This document shows positions 28,520 through 39,700 of a DNA stretch of 64,000 nt, one piece after another; position 1 is the first letter of the stretch, and every line of letters starts with the position of its first letter. Source of the DNA: Bacteroidales bacterium (lineage in GTDB: Bacteria; Bacteroidota; Bacteroidia; Bacteroidales; SZUA-534). The stretch is from NCBI GenBank assembly GCA_046704385.1, contig JBJKSB010000105.1, forward strand, positions 165 through 64,164. Direction: 5' to 3'. The translations under genes and the position numbers were made by a program. The notes under the pieces are model-generated. The model was given only the letters and a program-made list of their open reading frames with translations. It was not told where the DNA came from and made no database searches.

Positions 28520-30121
28520 ATGGGGTTTTTTAATAAAATGTCAAAAGCAGGTATGCCCCTGGTTATTGCATTGGCAATTGTTCTGGGGATGTATGTGCAG
28601 CAAAAACTCGACAACCAGCGAATCAACATCCTAAGTAGGTCGAAAGAACCGGGCAGCAAACTTGATGCTGTTTTAAATTATATTGATCAGGAATATGTGG
28701 ATACAGTAGATATTCCCGCAATTGTTGAAAAAACCATTCCATTGGTTCTTGAGGATCTTGATCCTCATTCAATTTATATTCCCGCAAAAGATGTGGAGGC
28801 TATGAATGAACCACTAGAAGGTAATTTTGACGGGATAGGCGTACAATTTAATATCCAGAAAGATACGGTAACAGTAGTCAAAACCATTTTTGGCGGCCCA
28901 TCGGAAAAAGTGGGAATAAAAGATGGTGACAGGATTGTGACCGTAAATGATTCTTTAATTGCCGGAAATGGTATAACCAACGATCAGGTGATGAAATTAC
29001 TTCGCGGTGATAAAGGCACCAAAGTAAAAGTTGGAATTTTCAGACATGGTGAAGACAATTTGCTGAATTTTACCATCACCAGGGATCAGATACCGCTTTA
29101 TAGTGTTGATGCTTCGTACATGCTCGATAAAAAAACCGGATACATAAAGATCTCGAAATTTGCCAAAACTACTTATAAAGAGTTTCAGGATGCTGTGGCA
29201 AAATTAAAAAGCGACGGCATGACTCAGGTAATCATAGACTTGCGTGGCAACAGCGGAGGCTTTTTAACTTCGGCCATTAATATTGCCGATGAATTTCTTG
29301 AAAAAGGAAAACTAATTGTTTATACTGAAGGTAAAGCAAGACCAAAATCAAGTTATTATGCTACAAACAGGACTTCATGTGGCGATATCAAAGTGACTAT
29401 ATTAATTGATGAGTGGTCGGCTTCAGCATCTGAAATTGTTTCAGGAGCCATTCAGGATAACGACAGGGGTTTAATAGTGGGCCGCAGATCGTTTGGTAAG
29501 GGTCTGGTACAAGAACCGGTTGTATTTAACGACGGATCGGCTATGAGGTTAACCATTGCCAGGTATTATACCCCGTCAGGTAGGTGTATCCAGCGTTCGT
29601 ACGCTAAAGGCCAGGAAGATTATTATGCCGATATACATAAACGCTTTTTAAATGGTGAATTTTTGGATAAAGACAGTATTCAATTTCCTGATTCATTGAA
29701 GTATTTTACCTCAAAAGGCAGAGTGGTTTACGGAGGCGGAGGTATAATGCCTGATAAGTTTATTCCTGCTGATACATCAGGAGTTTCTGATTATCTTGAA
29801 AAAGTAAGAAGAAAGGGGCTTGAATACCAGTTTAGTTTTGAATTTACCGATAATAACCGTGAGAAATTACAGTCATTTAAAAATTTAGACGATCTGGTTG
29901 CCTATTTAGATAAACAGAAACTATTGGATAAGTTTATTACCTTTGCGGCGAAAAATGGAGTGCCCTATGATAAATTTGGAATTAAAGAATCAGGTCAAAC
30001 CATTGAAGTTCAGATAAAAGCGCTCATAGCCCGGAATATTTTTGATAACGATGGATTTTATCCTGTTATCAAAGAAATTGATAAAACTTTATTGGAAGCA
30101 TTACGTTTAACTAACGAGTAA
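28520..30121 (+). CDS. S41 family C-terminal processing peptidase with PDZ domain
   Basis: 533 aa. N-terminal anchor, PDZ (GIGVQF...GGPSEKVGIKDGDRIV), catalytic Ser region (RGNSGGFL...SASASEIVSGA) and Lys (RSFGKGLVQ). Confidence 0.9.
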   Translation: MGFFNKMSKAGMPLVIALAIVLGMYVQQKLDNQRINILSRSKEPGSKLDAVLNYIDQEYVDTVDIPAIVEKTIPLVLEDLDPHSIYIPAKDVEAMNEPLEGNFDGIGVQFNIQKDTVTVVKTIFGGPSEKVGIKDGDRIVTVNDSLIAGNGITNDQVMKLLRGDKGTKVKVGIFRHGEDNLLNFTITRDQIPLYSVDASYMLDKKTGYIKISKFAKTTYKEFQDAVAKLKSDGMTQVIIDLRGNSGGFLTSAINIADEFLEKGKLIVYTEGKARPKSSYYATNRTSCGDIKVTILIDEWSASASEIVSGAIQDNDRGLIVGRRSFGKGLVQEPVVFNDGSAMRLTIARYYTPSGRCIQRSYAKGQEDYYADIHKRFLNGEFLDKDSIQFPDSLKYFTSKGRVVYGGGGIMPDKFIPADTSGVSDYLEKVRRKGLEYQFSFEFTDNNREKLQSFKNLDDLVAYLDKQKLLDKFITFAAKNGVPYDKFGIKESGQTIEVQIKALIARNIFDNDGFYPVIKEIDKTLLEALRLTNE

Positions 30122-30137
30122 ATAAAAATAAAATACA

Positions 30138-31595
30138 ATGTCAGAAGTACTTAAAGAAACAATCCCTTTTAAAATTGCCAATATAAAATTGGCTGAATGG
30201 GGACGTAAAGAACTTGATTTAGCCGAGATTGAAATGCCTGGTTTAATGGCTCTTCGCCAAGAGTATGAAGGTAAAAAACCATTGGCCGGTGCAAAAATTA
30301 TGGGATCGTTGCACATGACTGTACAAACAGCCATACTTATTGAAACCCTGGTTGAACTGGGAGCTGATGTTCGTTGGGTATCTTGTAATATATTTTCAAC
30401 TCAGGATCACGCAGCAGCAGCAGTTGTTGTGGGTAAAAATGGTACAGTTGATAACCCTCAGGGAACGCCTGTATTTGCATGGAAAGGCGAAACGCTGCAA
30501 GAATATTGGTGGTGTACCAATGAAGCCTTACAGTGGCCTGACGGTGCCGGACCAAACCTGATTCTTGATGACGGTGGTGATGCTACCTTACTGGTTGTTA
30601 AGGGAGCAGAATTCGAAGCTGCTGGTAAAGTGCCCGATTTCGATCCCCAGGTTCATTCTGAAGAAGAAGGCGTGTTTTTTGAACTTTGCCGGAAAGTTAT
30701 GGCTGAAGACCCTCAGCGTTGGACAAAAATCCGCAATCAGATAAAAGGAGTTTCTGAAGAAACTACCACTGGTGTACACCGTTTGTATCAAATGGCCGAG
30801 GCCGGAAAATTACCTTTCCCTGCAATTAATGTTAACGATTCAGTAACCAAATCAAAATTTGATAATTTATACGGTTGCCGCCACTCATTAACCGATGGTA
30901 TTATGAGGGCATCGGATGTAATGTTGGCAGGTAAAATAGCCGTGGTTTGCGGTTATGGTGACGTTGGAAAAGGAAGTGCACAATCATTACGTGGACAGGG
31001 TGCCCGGGTTATTATTACCGAAATTGATCCTATTTGTGCCCTTCAGGCTGCTATGGAAGGTTACGAAGTAAAAACGGTTGAAGATGTAGTTTCAACGGCT
31101 GATATTTTTGTAACCACAACCGGAAACAGGGACATTATTACTGCGGAACATATGAAGCAAATGAAAAATATGGCTATTGTGGGTAATATCGGTCACTTTG
31201 ACAACGAAATTGAAATGGCTAAACTGGCTAAGGTTCCAGGCGTTGTTAAAACCAATATTAAACCACAGTTCGATAAGTGGACTTTTGCCGACGGACACAG
31301 TATTTTAATTCTGGCCGAAGGACGTTTGCTTAATCTTGGTTGTGCTACCGGCCATCCAAGTTTTGTAATGTCTGCTTCATTTACTAACCAAACGCTGGCT
31401 CAAATTGAGCTTCATACAAATGGTCAAAACTATGATAAACAGGTATATACTTTACCAAAACATCTTGATGAAAAAGTTGCCCGTTTGCATCTTGATAAGC
31501 TGGGGGTTAAATTAACCCGACTGACAGATGCTCAGGCCAGTTATTTAGGCGTACCTGTTGAAGGGCCTTATAAGCCCGATCATTACAGATATTAA
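30138..31595 (+). CDS. ahcY: adenosylhomocysteinase
   Basis: 485 aa with conserved [42 protein letters not shown] and GHFDNEI. Confidence 0.95.
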   Translation: MSEVLKETIPFKIANIKLAEWGRKELDLAEIEMPGLMALRQEYEGKKPLAGAKIMGSLHMTVQTAILIETLVELGADVRWVSCNIFSTQDHAAAAVVVGKNGTVDNPQGTPVFAWKGETLQEYWWCTNEALQWPDGAGPNLILDDGGDATLLVVKGAEFEAAGKVPDFDPQVHSEEEGVFFELCRKVMAEDPQRWTKIRNQIKGVSEETTTGVHRLYQMAEAGKLPFPAINVNDSVTKSKFDNLYGCRHSLTDGIMRASDVMLAGKIAVVCGYGDVGKGSAQSLRGQGARVIITEIDPICALQAAMEGYEVKTVEDVVSTADIFVTTTGNRDIITAEHMKQMKNMAIVGNIGHFDNEIEMAKLAKVPGVVKTNIKPQFDKWTFADGHSILILAEGRLLNLGCATGHPSFVMSASFTNQTLAQIELHTNGQNYDKQVYTLPKHLDEKVARLHLDKLGVKLTRLTDAQASYLGVPVEGPYKPDHYRY

Positions 31596-31622
31596 AAAAA
31601 GGAGGCTTCGGCCTCTTTTTTT
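31594..31622. terminator. bidirectional rho-independent terminator between convergent ahcY and the lipoprotein gene
   Basis: AAAAAAAG-GAGGC-TTCG-GCCTC-TTTTTTT, with an A-run and a T-run flanking a GC stem and a UUCG tetraloop. Confidence 0.8.
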
Positions 31623-32064
31623 AATTGTATATTCTAAGATAACTTCCATCAAAAGCAGTTTTATAGGCCTTTAACGGATAACTCGCCGGGCCTTTGTTTA
31701 CTGCACCATAGTTTACCTCAAATTTTGATCCGCAACAACTGCATACAACCAGACTGATACTGTTTTCGTCTTTTGAAACAGCACAACCCTGTTTTAAATC
31801 ATATGGACAGGTAGCATCGTAGGCTACAAATTGATAGTCGCCATTTGAATCAGTACCGGTGTTAATAACAATAATGCCGTTTCCCAGGTAACCTTCATTT
31901 GGAATAGTCACCATTTCATAAGGATCAAGCAACGCAATATATTCCGGATCATAAATTAAGATGGGCTCAATATATATTGGTATATTTGGTATCGGATGTT
32001 GTGTGTCCTTGCCACAGGCAGAAAATAGTACGATTATTGCAGTAAATAAAAAAAATTTTCTCAT
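31621..32064 (-). CDS. lipoprotein with a Rieske-fold-like domain lacking both His ligands
   Basis: The ATG at 32064 gives MRKFFLFTAIIVLFSAC (lipobox). The C-terminus, ATCPYDLKQGC...VVCSCCGSKFEV.YGAVNKGPASYPLKAYK..FDGSYLRI, tracks the Rieske template CxH...CxxHGSxF...GPA..L..Y...dg.l.v. The His positions hold Tyr and Cys. Confidence 0.6.
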   Translation of the reverse strand: MRKFFLFTAIIVLFSACGKDTQHPIPNIPIYIEPILIYDPEYIALLDPYEMVTIPNEGYLGNGIIVINTGTDSNGDYQFVAYDATCPYDLKQGCAVSKDENSISLVVCSCCGSKFEVNYGAVNKGPASYPLKAYKTAFDGSYLRIYN

Positions 32065-32087
32065 TATTTTTGATTTGTATAACAACA

Positions 32088-32483
32088 ATGGCGCAATTTA
32101 GTCAAAATATCAGGGAGTTAAAATATTACAGGTTATTTAGGAATACTGCTTTATTATTTATACTTTTTAATGTTTTTAATATAAACAGTAGTTACGGGCA
32201 ATATCAATATTCATTCGATCTTAATAATGTAAAAGCGCGTCACGTTCCGGTAATGTTCCGGTTAAAGCAACTAAAGGGTACTGTAAAAGATGATATTGCG
32301 CATTATAAGGAGAAGCGAATTGAGAGAAAAACATCAAGAAAAACCAGAAAACACGCATACGCAATTCAAACACATGAGGTAAAAAAACGCATGCGTAAAT
32401 CAAGTAAAAATGCAGTGCATCACAATAAAGGAACAGAACCATTAATTGTTAGAATAAAAAAATATTTGAAATGGACGACATAA
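32088..32483 (+). CDS. hypothetical protein with a highly basic C-terminal half
   Basis: The ATG at 32088 gives MAQFSQ..., avoiding overlap with the divergent gene. It has a hydrophobic segment (ALLFILFNVFNINSSYG) and then a Lys/Arg-rich tail. Coding status is uncertain. Confidence 0.4.
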   Translation: MAQFSQNIRELKYYRLFRNTALLFILFNVFNINSSYGQYQYSFDLNNVKARHVPVMFRLKQLKGTVKDDIAHYKEKRIERKTSRKTRKHAYAIQTHEVKKRMRKSSKNAVHHNKGTEPLIVRIKKYLKWTT

Positions 32484-32848
32484 TTCAAGTGCTCATCTTT
32501 TTAGGTACTATAATTATTTTTATAGTTTCTGCTGTAGCCAAGCAAAAGAAAAAACCGAATCAAACCAATAAAAAATTTGATAATGTTCTTGAAGAATTAT
32601 TTGGTTTTCCGTCTGAGAATCCGGTAATGGCTCAAAATCCTTTCAGGCCGGCAGATTTTGAATCACAAACCGTTGAAAAAAGCACCATTGAAGCACCAAC
32701 CACAACTAAAGAAGGTGTTAAAGCCATACCTGATGACGATTTGGAAGAAATTGAAGAATCAGCCGATAACGAAACTGAGAATAATTCAGTATTTGATTTG
32801 CGTCAGGCTGTAATATTTTCTGAAATTCTAAACCGAAAATATCAATAA
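32471..32848 (+). CDS. hypothetical small membrane-anchored acidic protein
   Basis: 125 aa with an N-terminal TM (IIQVLIFLGTIIIFIVSAVA), an acidic linker and the tail FDLRQAVIFSEILNRKY. It overlaps the previous ORF by 13 nt. Confidence 0.5.
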   Translation: MDDIIQVLIFLGTIIIFIVSAVAKQKKKPNQTNKKFDNVLEELFGFPSENPVMAQNPFRPADFESQTVEKSTIEAPTTTKEGVKAIPDDDLEEIEESADNETENNSVFDLRQAVIFSEILNRKYQ

Positions 32849-32961
32849 GTGGCATAATTGCATACTTTTCCTCACTATTGGGTTTGAATTTTAACCCGAT
32901 TATCTCTATATTTTCACACTAAAATTATTGTAGTATATTTTGCTGGTAAAAAAGGGCGATT

Positions 32962-35900
32962 ATGATAAGAAAGTTACCTGTTATTTTTTTCGTATTGATT
33001 GCTACCATTGGGGCAAATGCCCAAACGGGGACACTCAAGGGGAAAGTGGTTGATGCAGTATCGGGTGAGGCCATCCCTTTTGCTAATGTGGTGGTACAAC
33101 AAAATGGGAATATGGTTGGTGGCGGAGTTTCTGATTTTGATGGAAATTATACGGTAAAACCAGTTCCTGCAGGACGTTTCACAGTAAAAGCCTCGTACGT
33201 TGGATATAATTCCCTTCAGGTTAACGATGTAATTGTTTACAGCGATAAAATCCGCTTTCTGGATTTGCACATGAACAGTTCAACCCAGGAAATAAAGGAA
33301 GTTGACGTAATTGCGTATACAGTACCTTTGATTGATAAAGATAATACCTCTACCGGGGGAACGGTTACCTCGGAAGAAATTTCAAAAATGGCTGGCCGCT
33401 CGGCAGAGGCTGTTGCTTCAACGGTGGGCGGTGTTTACCAGGAGGATGGGCAGGTAAAAAGTATCAGGGGCGCACGACAGGATGCAACTGTTTATTATAT
33501 TGACGGAGTAAAAGTGCGTGGTTCAAATAATCTTCCCAAAGCATCAATTGCCGAAGTGTCGGTAGTTACCGGAGGCCAGCCCGCAAAATACGGTGATGCA
33601 ACCGGAGGGGTTATCAGCATTGTAACCAAGGGAGCTTCAAGAACTTTTTTTGGAGGTTTTGAGCTGGCAACTTCAAAATTTCTAGACCCATATAACAGTA
33701 ATATTGCAGCGGCCAATCTTTCTGGGCCGCTTATTACCCGTAAAATTGTTGATCCGAATAATCCTAAAAAAGTTACCAAAGAACCCATTTTGGGCTTTTT
33801 TGTAGCCGGTGAATACCAATATGCTAAAGACCCGAACCCTTCAGCTGTGGGTTTTTGGAAGGTTAAAGATAATATTCTTGACAGCATCAAACGGACACCT
33901 TACATACGACCGGGAGGAGGCGATGTATCGGTACCAACGGCTTCCTATTTACATGCTGATGATTTCGAAAACGTTAAGGCCAGGGAAAATGTGGCTAGGC
34001 AACAGGCAATGTTTTCAGGTAAACTTGACTTTCAACCTTTAAAGAATCTTGTTTTTACATTCGGTGGTAATTTTCAGTTTGATAATGGGAATTATCTGGG
34101 CGGCAATGGAAAAGGTTCATTAAGCGGTTCTGCACAGACAGGTATTTTTAATTATGAAAATAACGGACAGTTAAATAATACTACCTACAGGGTTTATGGC
34201 AGGATGACACATCATTTGGGATCACAAAATAACGGGGAAACCGAATCATCATTATTTAAAAATGCTTATTATACCATTCAGGCTGATTATTCCAAATATT
34301 TGTCGAAACAACAGGATGAAAATCACAAGGATAACTTTTTTGATTATGGATATGTTGGAAAATTTAAAACTTACAGCCGACCGACTTATCAATATGGTAC
34401 CGACACTTCTCTGAATTTGACAGGTTATATCATGAATAATATTCAGGATACTGTGGTAACATACCAACCGGGAACTTTAAATCCTGAACTTGCCAGAATT
34501 ACAGAAATTTGGTACGACTATTTTGGTAACCCGCTAAATAAGACCGATCTATCAGGATTAAATGGATTATTAAACGGGCAAACTCCTGGTGCAATATATA
34601 ATATGGTCCAACAACCGGGTGTCCCTTATTCAAGCTATGCAAAAACCGATGATGATCAATTCAGAATTAGTGCTACTGGTTCAACCGATATAGGCGATCA
34701 TGAGATATCAGCGGGATTTGAATTTGAAAAGCGTACAGATCGGTATTATGGATTGGCTCCCATTGGTTTATGGCAACTTGCCCGAAATTACATGAATAAT
34801 CATATTCTTGAATTAAACCTAGGTAATCCGATTCCGGGTTATATTACTGATGAAAATGGCAATCAGGTATTAGGTCCTGATGGTAACCCCATCTTTAATG
34901 ATACCATAAATTATAGCCGGCTTTATAATAAGGCTGCCCAATCGTTATTCGATATCAAATTTCGTGAAAGCCAGGGACTTTCGGTAGATGGAACTGAATT
35001 TGTTGATGTTGACAGCTATGATCCTGATCAACTAAAATTAGAATATTTCAGTGCTGACGAATTATACAACAATAGTAACTCGGCGGTTTACTATTACGGC
35101 TTTGATCCCTACGGAAACAAAACATCTGCAAAACCGGGCTTCGATGAATTTTTCAGCAATGTATATAATTATGGTGGAAAGCAATGGTACAGCCGAAATA
35201 TAGCTCCATTTGAGCCCATTTATATGGCAGGATATATTCAGGATAAATTTGCTTTTAATGATCTGGTTTTTAATGTCGGGGTTCGTGTCGATCGATACGA
35301 TGCAAACCAGAAAGTGCAAAAGGACCCGTACCTGGTTTATACAGCTTATAAAGCAGGCGACAATGACGGAACCGATTTTGGAAAAGGAATTCTGAACCAG
35401 GCTCGCAATAATGGAACCATTCCTGAAAATATAAACCCTGCTGCTACAGTGTATGTCGATAATCGTGAAGATGCCAAAACCATAGTTGGTTATCGATACG
35501 AAGACAAATGGTTTGATGCAGCAGGTAATCAAATAAACGACCCTTCACTGATTTACCAGAACGGGTCAATCCAACCCTATTTAAAAAGGCCGCAGGATCG
35601 TGTGGGTGATAAATCGTTCCTTGATGCTTTTGAAGATTACAAGCCTGATTTTTCGGTGATGCCACGTATATCATTTTCATTCCCGATTTCAGACGAGGCC
35701 TTGTTTTTTGCACATTACGACATTTTGACCAAACGTCCTGCTGCCGGCATAAGCAGGTTGAATCCTATTGATTATTTGTTTATCGAACAAAAAGGGGCAG
35801 ATTATTTCTCGAATCCAAATTTACGACCGGAAAAGACTATCGATTATGAATTTGGTTTCCAACAAAAGTTAAACAATAAATCATCGTTAAAATTATCTGC

Positions 35901-36687
35901 CTTTTACAGGGAACAGCGCGATATGGTACAGGTAATAAACCTTACAGGTGCCTACCCGATTAGCATGCGCACCTATGGCAATATCGATTTTGGTACCATC
36001 AAGGGTTTCACCTTTATGTATGATTTAAGGCGTACTGAGAATGTTTCGTTAAAAGCAAGTTATACTTTGCAATTTGCCAATGCAACCGGTTCTGATGCTA
36101 CCACCGGGGCAAGTTTAATAAATTCGGGCCAACCAAATTTAAGGGCTGCTTTACCTACCGATTTTGACCAGCGTCACGCCTTTTCGGTGTTGCTTGATTA
36201 TCGGTTCGGATCAGGCCAAAGCTATAACGGTCCCAGATGGTTTGGTACCGATATTTTTGAAAACGCAGGAGCTAATTTTACTATTAATTCAGGATCGGGC
36301 ACACCGTACACCTACAGAGACATTAACAGTGGTAAAGTACAGGGCAGTGTTAACGGATCGGTAATGCCATGGCGCACAACCATTAATATGAAGGTGGACA
36401 AAAGCTTTACTTTGCATTTTGGTGAGGGTGATGATGTTCGTTCGGCTGATCTGAATGTATACCTTGATGTTACAAATTTATTAAATACAAGAAACATACT
36501 TGGAGTTTACTCAAGCACAGGTAATGCTAACGATGATGCTTATCTGACTTCATCGAGCGGAATAGCGAAAATTAACAGTGCTTACGATATGAATGCCTTC
36601 ATCAACTATTATTTAATGATGCTTGACAACCCGGCCAATTATAATTTACCGAGGCAGATACGTTTAGGTGTAATTTTTAGCTTTTAA
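32962..36687 (+). CDS. TonB-dependent receptor-like outer-membrane protein (1241 aa) with an N-terminal carboxypeptidase-regulatory-like domain
   Basis: Signal peptide MIRKLPVIFFVLIATIGANAQ. CarboxypepD_reg-like segment: GTLKGKVVDAVSGEAIPFANVVV...GNYTVKPVPAGRFTVKASYVGYNS. Plug: SIRGARQDATVYYIDGVKVRG...VSVVTGGQPAKYGDATGGVISIVTKG. Terminal barrel strand: RQIRLGVIFSF. Confidence 0.85.
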   Translation: MIRKLPVIFFVLIATIGANAQTGTLKGKVVDAVSGEAIPFANVVVQQNGNMVGGGVSDFDGNYTVKPVPAGRFTVKASYVGYNSLQVNDVIVYSDKIRFLDLHMNSSTQEIKEVDVIAYTVPLIDKDNTSTGGTVTSEEISKMAGRSAEAVASTVGGVYQEDGQVKSIRGARQDATVYYIDGVKVRGSNNLPKASIAEVSVVTGGQPAKYGDATGGVISIVTKGASRTFFGGFELATSKFLDPYNSNIAAANLSGPLITRKIVDPNNPKKVTKEPILGFFVAGEYQYAKDPNPSAVGFWKVKDNILDSIKRTPYIRPGGGDVSVPTASYLHADDFENVKARENVARQQAMFSGKLDFQPLKNLVFTFGGNFQFDNGNYLGGNGKGSLSGSAQTGIFNYENNGQLNNTTYRVYGRMTHHLGSQNNGETESSLFKNAYYTIQADYSKYLSKQQDENHKDNFFDYGYVGKFKTYSRPTYQYGTDTSLNLTGYIMNNIQDTVVTYQPGTLNPELARITEIWYDYFGNPLNKTDLSGLNGLLNGQTPGAIYNMVQQPGVPYSSYAKTDDDQFRISATGSTDIGDHEISAGFEFEKRTDRYYGLAPIGLWQLARNYMNNHILELNLGNPIPGYITDENGNQVLGPDGNPIFNDTINYSRLYNKAAQSLFDIKFRESQGLSVDGTEFVDVDSYDPDQLKLEYFSADELYNNSNSAVYYYGFDPYGNKTSAKPGFDEFFSNVYNYGGKQWYSRNIAPFEPIYMAGYIQDKFAFNDLVFNVGVRVDRYDANQKVQKDPYLVYTAYKAGDNDGTDFGKGILNQARNNGTIPENINPAATVYVDNREDAKTIVGYRYEDKWFDAAGNQINDPSLIYQNGSIQPYLKRPQDRVGDKSFLDAFEDYKPDFSVMPRISFSFPISDEALFFAHYDILTKRPAAGISRLNPIDYLFIEQKGADYFSNPNLRPEKTIDYEFGFQQKLNNKSSLKLSAFYREQRDMVQVINLTGAYPISMRTYGNIDFGTIKGFTFMYDLRRTENVSLKASYTLQFANATGSDATTGASLINSGQPNLRAALPTDFDQRHAFSVLLDYRFGSGQSYNGPRWFGTDIFENAGANFTINSGSGTPYTYRDINSGKVQGSVNGSVMPWRTTINMKVDKSFTLHFGEGDDVRSADLNVYLDVTNLLNTRNILGVYSSTGNANDDAYLTSSSGIAKINSAYDMNAFINYYLMMLDNPANYNLPRQIRLGVIFSF

Positions 36688-36708
36688 TTAATGCGATACT
36701 AAGAAGAA

Positions 36709-39700
36709 ATGAAAAGATTAAACTATATAATAATTCTACTTGTTGGCGGGTTTGCTTCCAATTATACTTTTGCACGCGAAAACAAACTCCATAACACACT
36801 GAAGTCGGCCCAAACTATAACAGCTGGTTGTTTGCCGGCTACCTCAGAGACCAACCTGGATTTGAATAATGTTAGAGCATTAATTTTAGCCAACGGGGGT
36901 TTATGGCAGGGTGATGCTGTAGGAGAATACGAAATACCCAAAGGATCGAAAAAAACATCAATGTTTGCCGGTTCGGTTTGGGTTGGCGGAGTTGATGTTA
37001 ACGGTCAGTTGCGAACCTGTGCCCGGACATACCGGGGAAGCGGTTATGGTAATGATTTCTGGCCCGGCCCGCTGGTTTCAAGCGGTGAGCAAATTGCCAG
37101 CGTATCACCAGACGTATGTGTCATGTATGATAAGCATTTTAAGATAACTCGTGACGAAGTGGAAAAATTTATAAGTTACAATAATGCTGATTCAAAAACA
37201 AAGGCTGAGCAATTCAGTGATTATACTGTACCCAAAATTATCCAGGAATGGCCGGCAAAAGGTCCGGTAGATTATGGGGCGTACGATTATTACCTGGCCC
37301 CGTTTATGGATGTTGATGGTGATGGGGTTTATAATCCAAGTAATGGCGATTATCCTTATTATGTTTTTGATAAAAATGCTCCCTGCAATTATCAGCCGGA
37401 GCGCAGAGCTGAAAATTTGGGTAATACAAGCCAAAAATTATTTGGCGATGAAACCATCTGGTGGGTATATAACGATAAAGGAAATGTTCATACTACCTCA
37501 AAAGGTGCTGCTGCTATTGGGATGGAGTTCCGGGCTCAGGCCTTTGCCTTTTCCACCAACGATGAACTTAATAATATGACCTTTTATAATTACCAGATCA
37601 TTAATCGCTCAACCTATTCATTAACAGATGCTTATTTCGGGGTTTGGAACGATCCTGATTTGGGATATGCCTATGATGATGCGGCAGGTTGTGATGTGGT
37701 ACGCGGGTTGGGATACGTTTATAATTCGAAAGATATTGATGGTACCGGAGGCGAAGTGGAAGCCTATGGTGCGCACCCGCCTGCAATTGGTGTAGACTTT
37801 TTTGAAGGACCATATCAGGATCCGGACGGACAGGATAACCCGACATCATGGGAAGATATTGAAAGAACACGTTTAGACTGTGAAATGGGTTATACATTAA
37901 ATCCGGCCGGGACCGGCGATAACATTCCAACCGGTAAGCCGGGCGATATTTTTAACGGAAACATTAACGGCCTAAACTTTGGCGATGGCGTTGTTGATAA
38001 TGAACGTTGGGGGATGCGGCGCTTTGTTTTTTATGTAAACGGCGGGACGAATAATGGCGACCCTACAACAGCACTCCATTTTTATCAATATTTAAAAGGA
38101 TATTGGCTTGATGGTACCCGGATGACCTACGGAGGAAACGGACAGGGAGGTACGCAGCCTGCTGATTTTATGTATCCTGACGATACCGATAAATGTGGCT
38201 GGGGAACCAATGGCAATATTAAAGGGCCTGATGATCCGTGGACTAAGAATGACGACCCAACAGTACAGGACGGCCTTGATTTCAGGATTGTGCAGTCGGC
38301 CGGACCTTTTATTCTTGAACCGGGCGCAGTGAATGACATTACCGTCGGTGTGGTTTGGGCAAGGGCAAACTCAACAGCTTGGGCTTCGGTTGGTGAAGTT
38401 CGTAAAGCCGATATGAAAGCGCAGCGTTTATTCGAAAACTGTTTCCAGCTGATTGACGGACCAACCGCTCCGGATATGAGCGTTGTTGAACTTGATGGCA
38501 AATTGATTTTTCATTTATCAAATCAGCCTAATTCAAATAATTACCTGGAAAGTTATAGCGAGCGCGATCCTTTTATCGATCCCACAGTACCCGATAAAGA
38601 TAAATTTTACAAATTCCAGGGCTACCAGGTTTTCCAGTTGAAAGACAAGACGGTGACACTTGGAGAAATAACCGATGTTAATAAAGCCCGCCAGGTATTT
38701 CAATGTGATATAAAAGATAGTGTGTCACAGATAGTTAATTATGTTTGGGATAATGATTTAAATGCTTCACATCCTGAAGAACGGGTTTACGGTAAAAATG
38801 CTGGTATTACTCACACCTTTGAATTGACCGAAGATGCTTTTGGTAGTGGTGAATCAAAGAAATTATTGAATTATAAAGAATACTATTATGTAGCAGTTGC
38901 CTATGCTTTTAACGATTATAACCACTATAATCCGGTTGATGAAGGATCGCTGGGAAATCAGACTACCCCGTACCTGGCCGGACGGAAAAACATTGTGGTG
39001 CATACGGCCATTCCTCATAGCATTGATGCCATGAATAAGGGAACCAAACTAAATAGTAATTATGGCGATGTTCCGGTTATAACCATGGTTGAAGGGAAAG
39101 GGAACGGAAATAATGTGTTGGAACTTTCTAATGAAACTGTAAAAAATATACTTTCAAAAACCACTTATCCGTTTAGGGCCGATACGCTGGTTTATAAGAA
39201 AAACTTTGGTCCGGTTCAGGTTCAGGTAATCGACCCGATGAGTGTTATAGATGCTGATTTTACACTTCGATTAGTTAAAGATTCAGTTAATAAAGCTAAG
39301 AATAATAATTATACTGCGGATACCAGTTATTATCCATTAACGGGTTTAATTTATGATTCAAAGTGGGAACTTTCCTGGGAATATCAGGGTGAGGAACATA
39401 GTGTACTTTCTGACTCCTGGATACGTTATGGTGATGACAAATTAATTCCCGAACTGGGGTTGTCGATTACCTGGGAACAGGTTGATTTTCCCGGCCAGGG
39501 AGCCATGCAAAAATTCGATGATAAAGATAATGTAAACAACGGGTTTCAGCAGGCCGAAATCAAATTTAAAGATGATAATGCTTCACCCTGGTTATCGTTT
39601 GTATCCGATTTAGACGGAAAAACGCCGTTTAACTGGATCAGGGTAGGGAAGCAAACCAAAGGCGAAAATGATATAGGCGATTGGAGTGATTTTATGTTCT

